Below, piece after piece: positions 9,624 to 18,786 of a stretch of 38,208 nucleotides of DNA. Position 1 is the stretch's first letter. Every line of letters starts with the position of its first letter. The notes below the pieces were generated by a model that worked only from the letters and a program-made list of their open reading frames with translations, did not search any database and was not told the DNA's origin. The stretch lies in IMG/VR virus record IMGVR_UViG_3300021387_001477; one strand, written 5' to 3'. This DNA is from a virus. Its lineage: Duplodnaviria; Heunggongvirae; Uroviricota; Caudoviricetes. A program made the translations under genes and the position numbers.

Positions 9624-10095
9624 GAAAGAAATATTACTGAAGTGTCGTAATATCCTTCATTCAAGCCCTATTGGTTGGCCTATAAAGCAGGAAGATTTCA
9701 ATTACCTCGTCCAAAATATATTCCCCTTACATAAAGAGTGGGATATAAAAAGAAATGGATGCAATGTCAAATCAATTATAGTCAGAAGAAATCCAAAATA
9801 CGGCAATAAACAATTTGCTATGATACTTGACAATGACACCATAGTTGACATCTCTTTTATCGAGTGTATAAATGGAGAGCGTCTTAGAGATGAAGTAAAA
9901 GAGGCATGTAAGAAAGCAGTACCTGATCTCTATAAGAGCGAGGATAATACTGTTTTTGAGGACAAAGTAAGGTCTTGGATTAAGAACTTTGATCTTGGGG
10001 AAATTACCATAGGAAAATACATAAATCACACCAGCATGGAGTTCATTAACCAAGACCTAATTGATAATTTCAGGAATTGGTATGAAGGAGTTTAA
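9613..10095 (+). CDS. DCL-like (DUF3223) protein
   Basis: HKEWDIK..G...IIVRRNPKYGNKQF...D.TIVDISFIECI resembles the DCL domain pattern. Confidence 0.6.
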   Translation: MLTKKEILLKCRNILHSSPIGWPIKQEDFNYLVQNIFPLHKEWDIKRNGCNVKSIIVRRNPKYGNKQFAMILDNDTIVDISFIECINGERLRDEVKEACKKAVPDLYKSEDNTVFEDKVRSWIKNFDLGEITIGKYINHTSMEFINQDLIDNFRNWYEGV

Positions 10096-10513
10096 TGTTA
10101 TAATCTGTGGTTCAAGAGAGTGGACGGACTATGACCTCTTAAAGCAGAAATGTGATGCTTATCTTAAGAACAAGCTATCAGACCCAGACACAAAAGTAAT
10201 AATCGTCTCTGGATGTGCTAGAGGGGCTGATACTCTTGGAGAAGAATATGCCAAGGAAAGAGGACTAGAGGTAAAAAAGTTCCCTGCCAAATGGGATAAA
10301 TATGGAAAGCGTGCTGGCTATCTAAGAAATATGGATATGGCAGAAGTTGGAAATGCGGTTATAGCTTTCTACTCGGCTACATCTGAAAATAAAGGAACCA
10401 AAATGATGGTTCGAATAGGAAGAGAAAAACACTTATTAATTCGCGAAGTATATGATAAAAAATTACAAAAAGAAACCAGTGATAATTCAGGCACTGGAAT
10501 GGAACGGAAGTAA
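10082..10513 (+). CDS. SLOG family protein (YspA/DUF2493-like)
   Basis: VIICGSR, IVSGCARGAD, FPAKWDKYGKRAGYLRN, GTKMM; ATG 10082 preferred over TTG 10061. Confidence 0.85.
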   Translation: MKEFNVIICGSREWTDYDLLKQKCDAYLKNKLSDPDTKVIIVSGCARGADTLGEEYAKERGLEVKKFPAKWDKYGKRAGYLRNMDMAEVGNAVIAFYSATSENKGTKMMVRIGREKHLLIREVYDKKLQKETSDNSGTGMERK

Positions 10514-10697
10514 TTACGAGGAGATAGATAATTTTCTCGGATCTAATTACGAATTCTCCGGAACTACACTTATAATTCATACCTTAGAGGGAGATATGAG
10601 TGCTAAGAAGGGAGATTATATTATCAAAGGTGTTCGTGGGGAATTTTATCCTTGTGAAAAATCGATCTTTGAGGAAACTTATGAAGAGGCGGAGTAA
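10452..10697 (+). CDS. Conserved small phage protein (KKPV...GDYIIKG...FYPC)
   Basis: YKKKPVIIQA, IHTLEGDM, GDYIIKGVRGEFYPC, IFEETYE: a pattern common in phages. Confidence 0.85.
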   Translation: MIKNYKKKPVIIQALEWNGSNYEEIDNFLGSNYEFSGTTLIIHTLEGDMSAKKGDYIIKGVRGEFYPCEKSIFEETYEEAE

Positions 10698-10724
10698 TCC
10701 CCTCTTTTATTTTCCTTATATGTG
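10684..10724 (+). promoter_or_regulatory. Terminator plus promoter-like motif
   Basis: AAGAGG-GGA/TCC-CCTCTT stem (10684-10706), T-run, CCTTATATGTG (10714-10724), ATG 10727. Confidence 0.6.
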
Positions 10725-10726
10725 TT

Positions 10727-11206
10727 ATGGAAACTTATGTATTAATTGCAATAATAATTATAGGATTTATTATTGGTAGAAAGAATATAAGAATAATTAA
10801 AGTTCAGCGAAAAGGAGCATTTGGTGGAAGAGTATACCTGGTTAGGAAAAACGAAACATTAACTTTTCGTGATGACAGAATATCATGTGTCGTATATTAT
10901 TTCATAGAGTTTGTTTCTCCTATCACCTATAGATCATATACCACTTCTGAAACAGATCAATTGTGGTTAGATCAACTTTATACTCAATATAGAGAAATTC
11001 ATAATATTCCATCTCCATATAGAATTAAGAATACACGAAAGGCTGCTGGAATATCTTCGAGGGAACTTGAAGAGAAGTATGGATTAAATCAAGGAAGATG
11101 GGAAGATTTTGAAGACGGATTAATGCCAACCCTTGAGGAGGCTGAAATTTTAAATAAAGCAATAGATGAGGAAGTTGCTACTCTGCTACGGGAAAAAGGA
11201 ATTTGA
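10727..11206 (+). CDS. N-terminal TM protein with C-terminal XRE-type HTH
   Basis: Hydrophobic N-terminus; IKNTRKAAGISSRELEEKYGLNQGRWEDFEDG..PTL. Confidence 0.65.
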   Translation: METYVLIAIIIIGFIIGRKNIRIIKVQRKGAFGGRVYLVRKNETLTFRDDRISCVVYYFIEFVSPITYRSYTTSETDQLWLDQLYTQYREIHNIPSPYRIKNTRKAAGISSRELEEKYGLNQGRWEDFEDGLMPTLEEAEILNKAIDEEVATLLREKGI

Positions 11207-11606
11207 TGAGAGGGCAGGGGATCCGGAGTTTGCATATATTTCTATCTGTGGAACTATAGACTCCGGAGAAAAACACAAACTTGACCCAGACTTCTTCAAT
11301 GTCCTAAACTTAAACTTTGATGATATCGGAGAAGAAGAAATATCGTGGGGAAATTATGTTCTTAAAGGAATTTCCGACTCTGATGCTGAAGCTGTAGTTA
11401 AGTTCATTGAGAAAAACAAGGACAAGAATTTTATGATACATTGCAAGGCCGGACAATCCAGAAGCCAAGCAATAGTAAGATATGTCCTTGATTTTTATGG
11501 TGGTGAAGATGAGTGGGAAATTAATAAGGATAATCCGCCAATCACCCCGAATCAATTTGTACTATCAAAATTGAAGAGAAGTTATTATAATATTATCACA
11601 AAATGA
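11166..11606 (+). CDS. Cys-based protein-tyrosine/dual-specificity phosphatase
   Basis: IHCKAGQSRS (HCX5R), LNFDD general-acid loop, C-terminal PN. Confidence 0.85.
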   Translation: MRKLLLCYGKKEFDERAGDPEFAYISICGTIDSGEKHKLDPDFFNVLNLNFDDIGEEEISWGNYVLKGISDSDAEAVVKFIEKNKDKNFMIHCKAGQSRSQAIVRYVLDFYGGEDEWEINKDNPPITPNQFVLSKLKRSYYNIITK

Positions 11607-12154
11607 TCATACTTGGAATTATTATATCTCTAATACTTTGTATAGGAGCTATACTTATCTGGAATAGAATGTATACAAGGGTAGATAGAGTAATTATGTC
11701 AAATCCACTATCTACTTCTGGAATTGAGTATATAAACTTGGGAGAAACGAAATATTATAGATATATTAAGGTTCAATTTCAGCAGAACCAATATAAATAT
11801 ATAAATATAGATAAGAAGAGGGTACGATTATTTGAGACAATTGACCTAGAGGAAGATAATATTTTCAACTGCAAACTTCTGGTTACAAAGAAAATATTAT
11901 ATAGTTCGTGGATAGAAGCTAAATCCGGCTGGACTCTAGTGTATATATCTGGGAAAAATTATTATCTAGGGGAACTTATCGACGATGCTAAACTTTGTAC
12001 GGATTGGACCTGGATGAGAGATAAGTGTAAAATAGATAACCATAGTACAATAAGTCTTAGGGATGTAAAATCTGGTAAAATATTTGCAGTTGAGTATGGG
12101 AACCTAGTATCAATTGTTGAGAGTACAATAGAAAATTATTATCTTCAAAATTAA
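11603..12154 (+). CDS. Membrane-anchored hypothetical protein
   Basis: N-terminal hydrophobic helix, ATGA coupling. Confidence 0.7.
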   Translation: MIILGIIISLILCIGAILIWNRMYTRVDRVIMSNPLSTSGIEYINLGETKYYRYIKVQFQQNQYKYINIDKKRVRLFETIDLEEDNIFNCKLLVTKKILYSSWIEAKSGWTLVYISGKNYYLGELIDDAKLCTDWTWMRDKCKIDNHSTISLRDVKSGKIFAVEYGNLVSIVESTIENYYLQN

Positions 12155-12181
12155 AAAAGAGGGAAATTAAATCCCTCTTTT
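12155..12181. terminator. Bidirectional terminator between convergent blocks
   Basis: AAAAGAGGGA/TCCCTCTTTT with A/T runs on both sides; similar to the 1051-1071 hairpin. Confidence 0.85.
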
Positions 12182-12185
12182 CGTT

Positions 12186-12752
12186 TTATTCTCCATCTTC
12201 TACCTTATAGCATCCACAGAATCTATCCTTCTCAACTCCCCATGCTGTAGTAGTTCTGAGATAATTAGATCTATCATACTGTTCGTCTTCTGGATAAACT
12301 CCACTTCTCCAAGACTCAAAATCAGAGGTTGTATCTCCCTTTCCACAATTACAGTTACAACAATCTGACCCATCATCATCCTGAATGAAGAGATCGGGGT
12401 ATTGAAATTTAAGTCTTAAACATAAAGTAGACATGAAATTGGACCATGAGAACACGAATACATCTTGGTCATAGTCGGGAAAATCAGATACACCAATTTC
12501 TCCTGCCCAAACCAAAGCTTCTTTCCCACATATATGATCTGCGCCAGTCGAGTATACCTCAAATACCTTCTCAACGAGAGTTTTTAAGTCTTCTGTACCA
12601 AGCTCTATTAATTTCTCATTAAGGTACTCAATAGAAGAAACCTGATACGGAAGCATAACCTCCCGAGAAGTGTCAAGATCTAATATCGGAAGTCCTAAGA
12701 TACTTTTGAGATATTCCGATACTTGAAGAAATTTACTATAATATGTAGCCAT
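12186..12752 (-). CDS. Hypothetical protein with Cys cluster
   Basis: 188 aa, CCNCNC and FCGC motifs. Confidence 0.7.
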   Translation of the reverse strand: MATYYSKFLQVSEYLKSILGLPILDLDTSREVMLPYQVSSIEYLNEKLIELGTEDLKTLVEKVFEVYSTGADHICGKEALVWAGEIGVSDFPDYDQDVFVFSWSNFMSTLCLRLKFQYPDLFIQDDDGSDCCNCNCGKGDTTSDFESWRSGVYPEDEQYDRSNYLRTTTAWGVEKDRFCGCYKVEDGE

Positions 12753-13108
12753 TAGAAAGTACCCCCATCTATAATTGATGCTCCTTGTACCCAGTTATCT
12801 AAATTAAGCCAGGTAAGATCATCTACAGAATCTCCGATAAACGAATATTCCACAAATCCTTCGGTAGATTTGAATCTTATTTTCATTCCGATAGCTCTTC
12901 TTGTTCCGGAAATAAGGTTTAATGCTTCTTGGAGAGTATAAACTGCATTCGGATCTTCACCCTCCTGGTTCACATCACAATACCCGTGGAGAACAGTATT
13001 AACAGCATCAACAATACTGTTTATGGTATTATTAAGAATATTTAACTCTCTGGCTGTAAGTGTTTTGCCAGTTTCAAAAGTAATCCCAGTTTTTTCTAGT
13101 ATATTCAT
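12752..13108 (-). CDS. Small putative virion/tail-fibre-associated protein
   Basis: YTLQEAL...RRAIGMKIRF...EYSF.G...W...NW and terminal IDGGTF resemble motifs I associate with Bacteroidota phage tail proteins. Confidence 0.45.
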   Translation of the reverse strand: MNILEKTGITFETGKTLTARELNILNNTINSIVDAVNTVLHGYCDVNQEGEDPNAVYTLQEALNLISGTRRAIGMKIRFKSTEGFVEYSFIGDSVDDLTWLNLDNWVQGASIIDGGTF

Positions 13109-13119
13109 AACTTTTTAAT

Positions 13120-13260
13120 TTATCCTAAGATTATACCTCCACCAGGATTATCTACAGGATCGATTTGCCCTATTATATCTTTGGGTTCTTCCTGCTTTCC
13201 TGGTTTAGTCATTATTGTTTTGGGCCGTCTAGTATTTTCGTTACTAGTCTTTATGCTCAT
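13120..13260 (-). CDS. Small hypothetical protein (46 aa)
   Basis: Below track cutoff; MSIKTSNEN...PGGGIILG* fills the gap. Confidence 0.5.
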   Translation of the reverse strand: MSIKTSNENTRRPKTIMTKPGKQEEPKDIIGQIDPVDNPGGGIILG

Positions 13261-13273
13261 TTTCTTAACCTTC

Positions 13274-13546
13274 TTACTCATCTTCATTTAAACTTATAAC
13301 TTCCAGATCTTTCCAAGTAAATATAACATCTTCTAGTCCTTCCAGTTTTACTACCGTTATGACTTTACCGTCTGTTGATACTCGGAAATATACATCAGAT
13401 ACAGTGAAGGTTTTATCTGCATCAGCTAGTCTAAAGAAATTAGAAACTGGTATGCTTTTAATCTTCACTCTAGACCCAACCATATTCTTATATTCCCAAA
13501 TACCGGCCGGACCTAAACCTCTATTACACTCACAATTCTTACTCAT
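13274..13546 (-). CDS. Hypothetical protein
   Basis: 90 aa, coupled to the RNase H stop. Confidence 0.7.
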   Translation of the reverse strand: MSKNCECNRGLGPAGIWEYKNMVGSRVKIKSIPVSNFFRLADADKTFTVSDVYFRVSTDGKVITVVKLEGLEDVIFTWKDLEVISLNEDE

Positions 13547-14000
13547 CCTTAGCTAGTTTATCAACATAGTTATTCCAATAGGTGTCTGGATCATTTCCTT
13601 TATTATGACCCTTTACCCATTCAAATTTTATTTTCCCCTGCAGCCCTTGTTTCTTAATTTCATAATCGATCTTATTCTTGATATTCTGAATGTAGGGCTC
13701 TTTAATTTTCCACTCACCGTTCATCCAAGACTTAACACCAATATAGTCGGCATACACTATAACTTCATCTACACCGATAAGATCTTTTTTAAATTTAAGA
13801 AGAGCATGATATACTGCCGTAAGTTCTGCGCTGGGATTAGAACATTTATCTGCACCAAAAGAAACCTTCATGTACTGCTTGGATAATTCAGATGAGAATT
13901 CGGATATCTTCTTCCCATCCTCGTCAATAAGAACTCCACCAACTCCCAGCCTACCATCATTCTGTTTATCTAGGTGAGACCCATCTGTATATATTTTCAT
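13539..14000 (-). CDS. rnhA: Ribonuclease HI
   Basis: IYTDGS, NPSAEL, YAD, WVKGH, N.YVDKLAK: D-E-D-D catalytic set. Confidence 0.93.
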   Translation of the reverse strand: MKIYTDGSHLDKQNDGRLGVGGVLIDEDGKKISEFSSELSKQYMKVSFGADKCSNPSAELTAVYHALLKFKKDLIGVDEVIVYADYIGVKSWMNGEWKIKEPYIQNIKNKIDYEIKKQGLQGKIKFEWVKGHNKGNDPDTYWNNYVDKLAKDE

Positions 14001-14461
14001 ATTTCTTTTATTATATTTCTGTCAACAAAATCCACCGGAAGAAGGTCTATCTCAAATTCATCCTGTATCCACGATCTAAATACTTCTGTTCCGAGATGAA
14101 TTATATTTTCCAGAGATTGATTAAACTTATCTACACTTCCGGTTAACATTATAGACCTGGAGAGTAATGAGAAACTGTATATAAATTCATCCAATTTATC
14201 TTCTATCTGGATTTCTTTCTTATATGCCTCTATCTTATTTCCGAATTTACTATAGAACCGATAAAACAAAGATATGTATTCTCTTGGTATGATGACTTTT
14301 GTCCCAGAGGTAAGATAATATATAGTAAATTTATTATCATAATACCTGAGAATCATAGAGGAGGAAATACTTTTATCGTAGAGGCTCTTCAGTGGCTTAT
14401 CACTAGACCAGTTCATCTTATCCTCATTTACAAATTCACTAAATAGGTCTGAGAGTTTCAT
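13997..14461 (-). CDS. Hypothetical protein
   Basis: 154 aa, ATGA-coupled. Confidence 0.7.
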   Translation of the reverse strand: MKLSDLFSEFVNEDKMNWSSDKPLKSLYDKSISSSMILRYYDNKFTIYYLTSGTKVIIPREYISLFYRFYSKFGNKIEAYKKEIQIEDKLDEFIYSFSLLSRSIMLTGSVDKFNQSLENIIHLGTEVFRSWIQDEFEIDLLPVDFVDRNIIKEI

Positions 14462-14721
14462 AATAACGTATATAATTTAGTGAGAGGGGCATCTGTAAGT
14501 ATGACGGTTAGGGTATCTTCTAGTACTGTATATCCACTTTTATCAACCCTCTTCTTATAACCAAGTTCGTTCAGGAAAGATTCTAAGTCCCTCTGAAAGA
14601 AAAAGGTTATGGATAAGAGGCCAGAGTCATTTGTACAGAAGGTTACTAGAACTGAAAATGGGAATATTTCTTTCGTTTCTAACCATTTATATATCTGGCC
14701 CTCTATATCAATCTCTGTCAT
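14458..14721 (-). CDS. Hypothetical protein
   Basis: 87 aa, ATGA-coupled. Confidence 0.7.
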   Translation of the reverse strand: MTEIDIEGQIYKWLETKEIFPFSVLVTFCTNDSGLLSITFFFQRDLESFLNELGYKKRVDKSGYTVLEDTLTVILTDAPLTKLYTLL

Positions 14722-15143
14722 ATCTCTTCGATCTCATTTTCCAGAAGCCCAGACATATTAAGAATCTCGGCCAAAGGTTTTCTGTAACATTTATTATAGT
14801 CCGGATCATAACCAAAAAGAACTACCCCAGAGGCATTAAAAATCTTTACCATACTACTTAACCTAGACAGTATCTTAGTGAAATTAAGTTGAGCCAGATC
14901 TATAACATACTTTTTTATATAGGTATCAAAGTCTATTTTTCCGCTCCTATATTCCCAGAGAAGTCTTGGGGATGGTGCTAAGATTTGACAATGGGCGGGA
15001 CCACAATCATACTTACTAAGATACCCAATTTTACTCATATTCTCGATTATGAAAATCGGAATTAAGTTCTTTTCAATCGCAGAAGAAATATTCTCTGGCG
15101 ATGCACTTGATGTGTAAATTTTTAATTTTTTGTTATATTTCAT
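14718..15143 (-). CDS. DUF488/YeaO-like protein, second divergent copy
   Basis: KIYTS, LAPSPRLL, FDTYIKKY, VLFGY, KCYR. Confidence 0.65.
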   Translation of the reverse strand: MKYNKKLKIYTSSASPENISSAIEKNLIPIFIIENMSKIGYLSKYDCGPAHCQILAPSPRLLWEYRSGKIDFDTYIKKYVIDLAQLNFTKILSRLSSMVKIFNASGVVLFGYDPDYNKCYRKPLAEILNMSGLLENEIEEI

Positions 15144-15560
15144 TTATTGTCCTCCAAATTTTTTATTTGAGTTTCTAAAAGCTGAGTTCTTAAATACACC
15201 TTGCCCAGCTTTTCTCTTTTTCCCAGAGTAATTATTATTTCCATTACCCTGCTGTGATTGTTGTTGTGATATTCCAAATCTTTGTGAACTTACAGTAAAT
15301 CCAGATGGTGCTGTATTTAATCGTTTCAAAAGATTTACATTATTTTCAATTAATGCAAGAATAGTCAAAGAATCAACATGATACATAACATCTGCCTGTG
15401 AAAAGATGTCCGCAGCAATAAGCCCACGTTCCTTTAAGACATCTGATATCTGTATAAAAAGATCACCAAGTCCTGAGGTCATGAGTAATGTATCCGTTTG
15501 GGGTTCATAGAGTTTGAAAAGACCTAATCCTTGATCATAATTTATAACTATCTCTATCAT
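15144..15560 (-). CDS. Hypothetical protein with Q/N-rich basic tail
   Basis: 138 aa, coupled. Confidence 0.7.
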   Translation of the reverse strand: MIEIVINYDQGLGLFKLYEPQTDTLLMTSGLGDLFIQISDVLKERGLIAADIFSQADVMYHVDSLTILALIENNVNLLKRLNTAPSGFTVSSQRFGISQQQSQQGNGNNNYSGKKRKAGQGVFKNSAFRNSNKKFGGQ

Positions 15561-16228
15561 TTCTTTGTTGCTGCTAATATACCAAAGACAACTGCCAAAC
15601 TACCAAGAACAGCTCCACCAATTATAATTTCAGTGTTCTTTATCTTAAGTGACCTATTAAGTTTTTCTACATCTTGCATATACTTAAGTTCTGTCTCGTT
15701 TAGGATTATATCTTTTCGTACTAAAATCGAATCTTTATCTGATATAACCGAAGACTGATTTTCTATAACCTCTGAAAGAGTATTATTTATTTTTATTTCT
15801 CCCTCATATTTCGCCACAATTCCATTCACATCCTTTATATTACTCTCACTTAATACAGCAAGAGTATCTTTCCGGTCGGGAATTGACATTAGCTTGGGAA
15901 GAGTGTCAGAAGATTGGGTAAGTTCTCCGTGCTTGACAAGATTTTCTTTCAAGAGATCTAAGTTTTCTGACATAGGAAGTTCATTTATCTTCTCAACTTC
16001 AACCCTTACTACGACATTTTTTATCTTAGATGCACTGTCTAAGAGAAAATCTATCCTCTGATTTTTACCATTGATAATTTTCTCTAATGAATCGATTTTC
16101 TCTCTGTTTTCAATAATCTTTATCTCTGGGTCTGGGATAGGGGTTGGTGATTTATGAAAAATAAAATAGCCTAATCCTAGACCTAAGAGTAAAGACAGAA
16201 TCACAATAAGTAAACTCTGTTTGTTCAT
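15557..16228 (-). CDS. Coiled-coil protein with TM helices at both ends (spanin-like architecture possible)
   Basis: N-terminal TM, central coiled coil, C-terminal IIIGGAVLGSLAVVFGILA. Confidence 0.55.
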   Translation of the reverse strand: MNKQSLLIVILSLLLGLGLGYFIFHKSPTPIPDPEIKIIENREKIDSLEKIINGKNQRIDFLLDSASKIKNVVVRVEVEKINELPMSENLDLLKENLVKHGELTQSSDTLPKLMSIPDRKDTLAVLSESNIKDVNGIVAKYEGEIKINNTLSEVIENQSSVISDKDSILVRKDIILNETELKYMQDVEKLNRSLKIKNTEIIIGGAVLGSLAVVFGILAATKK

Positions 16229-16244
16229 AATAAAAAAAAATAAA

Positions 16245-16291
16245 ATCAGAGAGATCTTGACAATCTTAAAATCATCAATATCATCTCTGAT
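16245..16291 (-). terminator. Hairpin with T-tail
   Basis: ATCAGAGA/TCTCTGAT stem with poly-T on the minus strand. Confidence 0.55.
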
Positions 16292-16306
16292 ATAAAGTTT
16301 ATTAAC

Positions 16307-16885
16307 CTACTCGCTATCTACAACGAGTATCCCGATTCTATACTCAACCATATTATCGCCTTCACCCTCAGACTTATAATTTACTTTTTTATGAAATAAC
16401 TTATAATCATTGTCGGAAGGAACTATAACATGATTGTCCCAGGTATCATCGCTAAACCTGGAGATCAGTTCATTTAGTTTTTGAACCTTCAGTGTGGTTT
16501 CCTGAATTGTCTTTAGATCTTGGCTTGGATCTAATAGAGCTTTCAGTCTCTTGAGTTCCTCCTGGGCCGCTTTTTTATCTAACGCACCCTCAGGAAACTC
16601 TGTAAGAATATATTGCTGCGGTATATTATCCGTAACAGTATTTAAATACCTTCCTAATACTTTCTTTGAGGAGATTTCAACTACCCGGGTTTTAAACTCA
16701 CTACCGGAAGCCTGAATAGACTCACACACAGAATTAATAACATCCATCGACGTAGTAATTCCTAGGCTAACAAATATTCCTACAGGCTTAATGAAATTTT
16801 CCCCATCAAGAGAATTTACGTAAAAAGTTTTAAAATTTGACTGATAGAATACCTCTACAATACTATATAACTTTTCCCTATTCAT
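16307..16885 (-). CDS. Hypothetical protein
   Basis: 192 aa directly downstream of the vWA gene. Confidence 0.75.
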   Translation of the reverse strand: MNREKLYSIVEVFYQSNFKTFYVNSLDGENFIKPVGIFVSLGITTSMDVINSVCESIQASGSEFKTRVVEISSKKVLGRYLNTVTDNIPQQYILTEFPEGALDKKAAQEELKRLKALLDPSQDLKTIQETTLKVQKLNELISRFSDDTWDNHVIVPSDNDYKLFHKKVNYKSEGEGDNMVEYRIGILVVDSE

Positions 16886-16886
16886 T

Positions 16887-18782
16887 CTATCTATTAAAAT
16901 TTCGTACCTTCAAGTATTTCCAGTTGGGTTGATTTTCTGGTCTGGTATATCTACCGCCATAGTTAAACCCATACATAGTGTATTCTGGCATGGTGGATTC
17001 AATCTTATTCCACTCATCGAGACAATCTTCAAAGTCTGATATAACCACTAAAGTAGCCTCTGGACCATAGTTATCCTTGAAATACTTAATCCCAGTTGCT
17101 AGTCTAGTACCTCCACCAGTCCTGATTCGCGGGACGCCCTTCTTAGGATCTATATCTTTTATATGCTCACCAAGACCAGTACTCCACGAGATTATATCAT
17201 ACTTAAGTCCACGGCTAAGTTTTTTCATATTCTTAGCAATGGTCTTAAGAATTCTATCTACCAGTTCAGTATCCATCGATCCGGAGATATCAATTAAATA
17301 GACTATCTTAGGGTCGGTTGTAATAGTTACCTTTCTGGATACACTTGGAGCAATAACAGACCTAATTATACCTCTGTTATATAACTTCATCATATCTTTC
17401 TGGGTATCCTGCTTGACAACTCGATTTCTGAAGTTTTGGAATACCTCGCGAAGAGCCATATCAACTTCATCTACGTCTTTATCTACATCTCGGATTGCAT
17501 CAGGTCCACCAGAATTTCCACAGCCAACTCCACCACCGGCACGAATTTGACCAACCTCTCTTTTCTTGTCAGCCTCATCTCTCGCATCGGTACCATGATC
17601 TTTTCTTCTAGGACTATTGAGCTCCTGATCAACGTCATCTCTAATACCTTTTCGATATTCAGTGTTGTCATCAGTTACGCCAAGAGATTTCATAAGGTCT
17701 GATAGACTTTGCATACCGTCAGTTCCCTGGCCTTGTCCATCTCCGCCCTGTCCATCCTGGCCCTGACCTTGACCTTGACCCATACCAGAAGCCATATCAT
17801 TCATAGCATCCTGATATCCTTGGTCATAGTCACCGCCAGAAGTTCCATTTTGGTCTGCCTGATCCTTTCTCTCACTAGTACCATCCTTTTTATCATTGAT
17901 AGCATCATTATATCCCTGTTTATATTCCTCGCTGGCATTTTTCCAATCGCGATTCATATTATTGAGGGCATTCTGAACATCTCTTTGACTAATCTGAGAA
18001 GTATCACCGTTTCCACCCATTTTAATGGAAACAAGCATCTTAACAAATTGATCAAGATGTTGGATGATCATCATAAGATACTCAGTGTAAGTACGATCAC
18101 TAGGAAATGGAATAAGGTTTCCCTGATCATCTTTCCCAAGATAATATCTACAGGGAAGAATGAGCTTGATTAGGGCCTCCGACTTCATCTTATCGATAGA
18201 TTCTTCAATGGCCTTCTCTAGGTCGGGATTTCCCTTAACCTTTTCCTTTGCAGCATTTAATTCTTCGATCTGTTTCTTTGCAAGAACCGAAGATATATCC
18301 TTCTCCATCGCCTCAATATCTTCATCACTAAGCACAGAAGTATTAACCTCCATGTCCATAGCGATATTATGAAGAGAGTGATTAAGGGAGGGATCATCTA
18401 TAATTCTTTCAAGAAGCTTATCGGCGAAATCAATACCACAAGACTTATTTACATACTCAATTAATTCGGTTCTATGATCTCGAATTGCATTACATATCTG
18501 GACATCGAGTTCTTCATGGACCTCTTCAAGGTGACCTAAGTATATATGTCCATACTCATGAAGCAGAACTCTTAAATCAGTATCCGGTATTCCAAGAGTT
18601 GAACAATATATCTTATAGGTCACATTTCCATTAGAGGGATCCTTGAACTTATAACAATACCCTAATTCTGTATTGCCGGGATCATAGGCCTTTGAAGTAT
18701 TAACTACAAGAATGTTTCCAAAGCTATTATATGCGCTGTCAACAAAATCCTTAATAGTCTCTAATTCAGCCTTTTTCCTCAT
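16887..18782 (-). CDS. HEXXH metallopeptidase-like + vWA protein (DUF2201-like), MoxR partner
   Basis: LLHEYGH, NIAMDMEVN, G/Q-rich linker, MIDAS DISGS, GGGT, ISDF. Confidence 0.88.
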   Translation of the reverse strand: MRKKAELETIKDFVDSAYNSFGNILVVNTSKAYDPGNTELGYCYKFKDPSNGNVTYKIYCSTLGIPDTDLRVLLHEYGHIYLGHLEEVHEELDVQICNAIRDHRTELIEYVNKSCGIDFADKLLERIIDDPSLNHSLHNIAMDMEVNTSVLSDEDIEAMEKDISSVLAKKQIEELNAAKEKVKGNPDLEKAIEESIDKMKSEALIKLILPCRYYLGKDDQGNLIPFPSDRTYTEYLMMIIQHLDQFVKMLVSIKMGGNGDTSQISQRDVQNALNNMNRDWKNASEEYKQGYNDAINDKKDGTSERKDQADQNGTSGGDYDQGYQDAMNDMASGMGQGQGQGQDGQGGDGQGQGTDGMQSLSDLMKSLGVTDDNTEYRKGIRDDVDQELNSPRRKDHGTDARDEADKKREVGQIRAGGGVGCGNSGGPDAIRDVDKDVDEVDMALREVFQNFRNRVVKQDTQKDMMKLYNRGIIRSVIAPSVSRKVTITTDPKIVYLIDISGSMDTELVDRILKTIAKNMKKLSRGLKYDIISWSTGLGEHIKDIDPKKGVPRIRTGGGTRLATGIKYFKDNYGPEATLVVISDFEDCLDEWNKIESTMPEYTMYGFNYGGRYTRPENQPNWKYLKVRNFNR

Positions 18783-18786
18783 ATTC

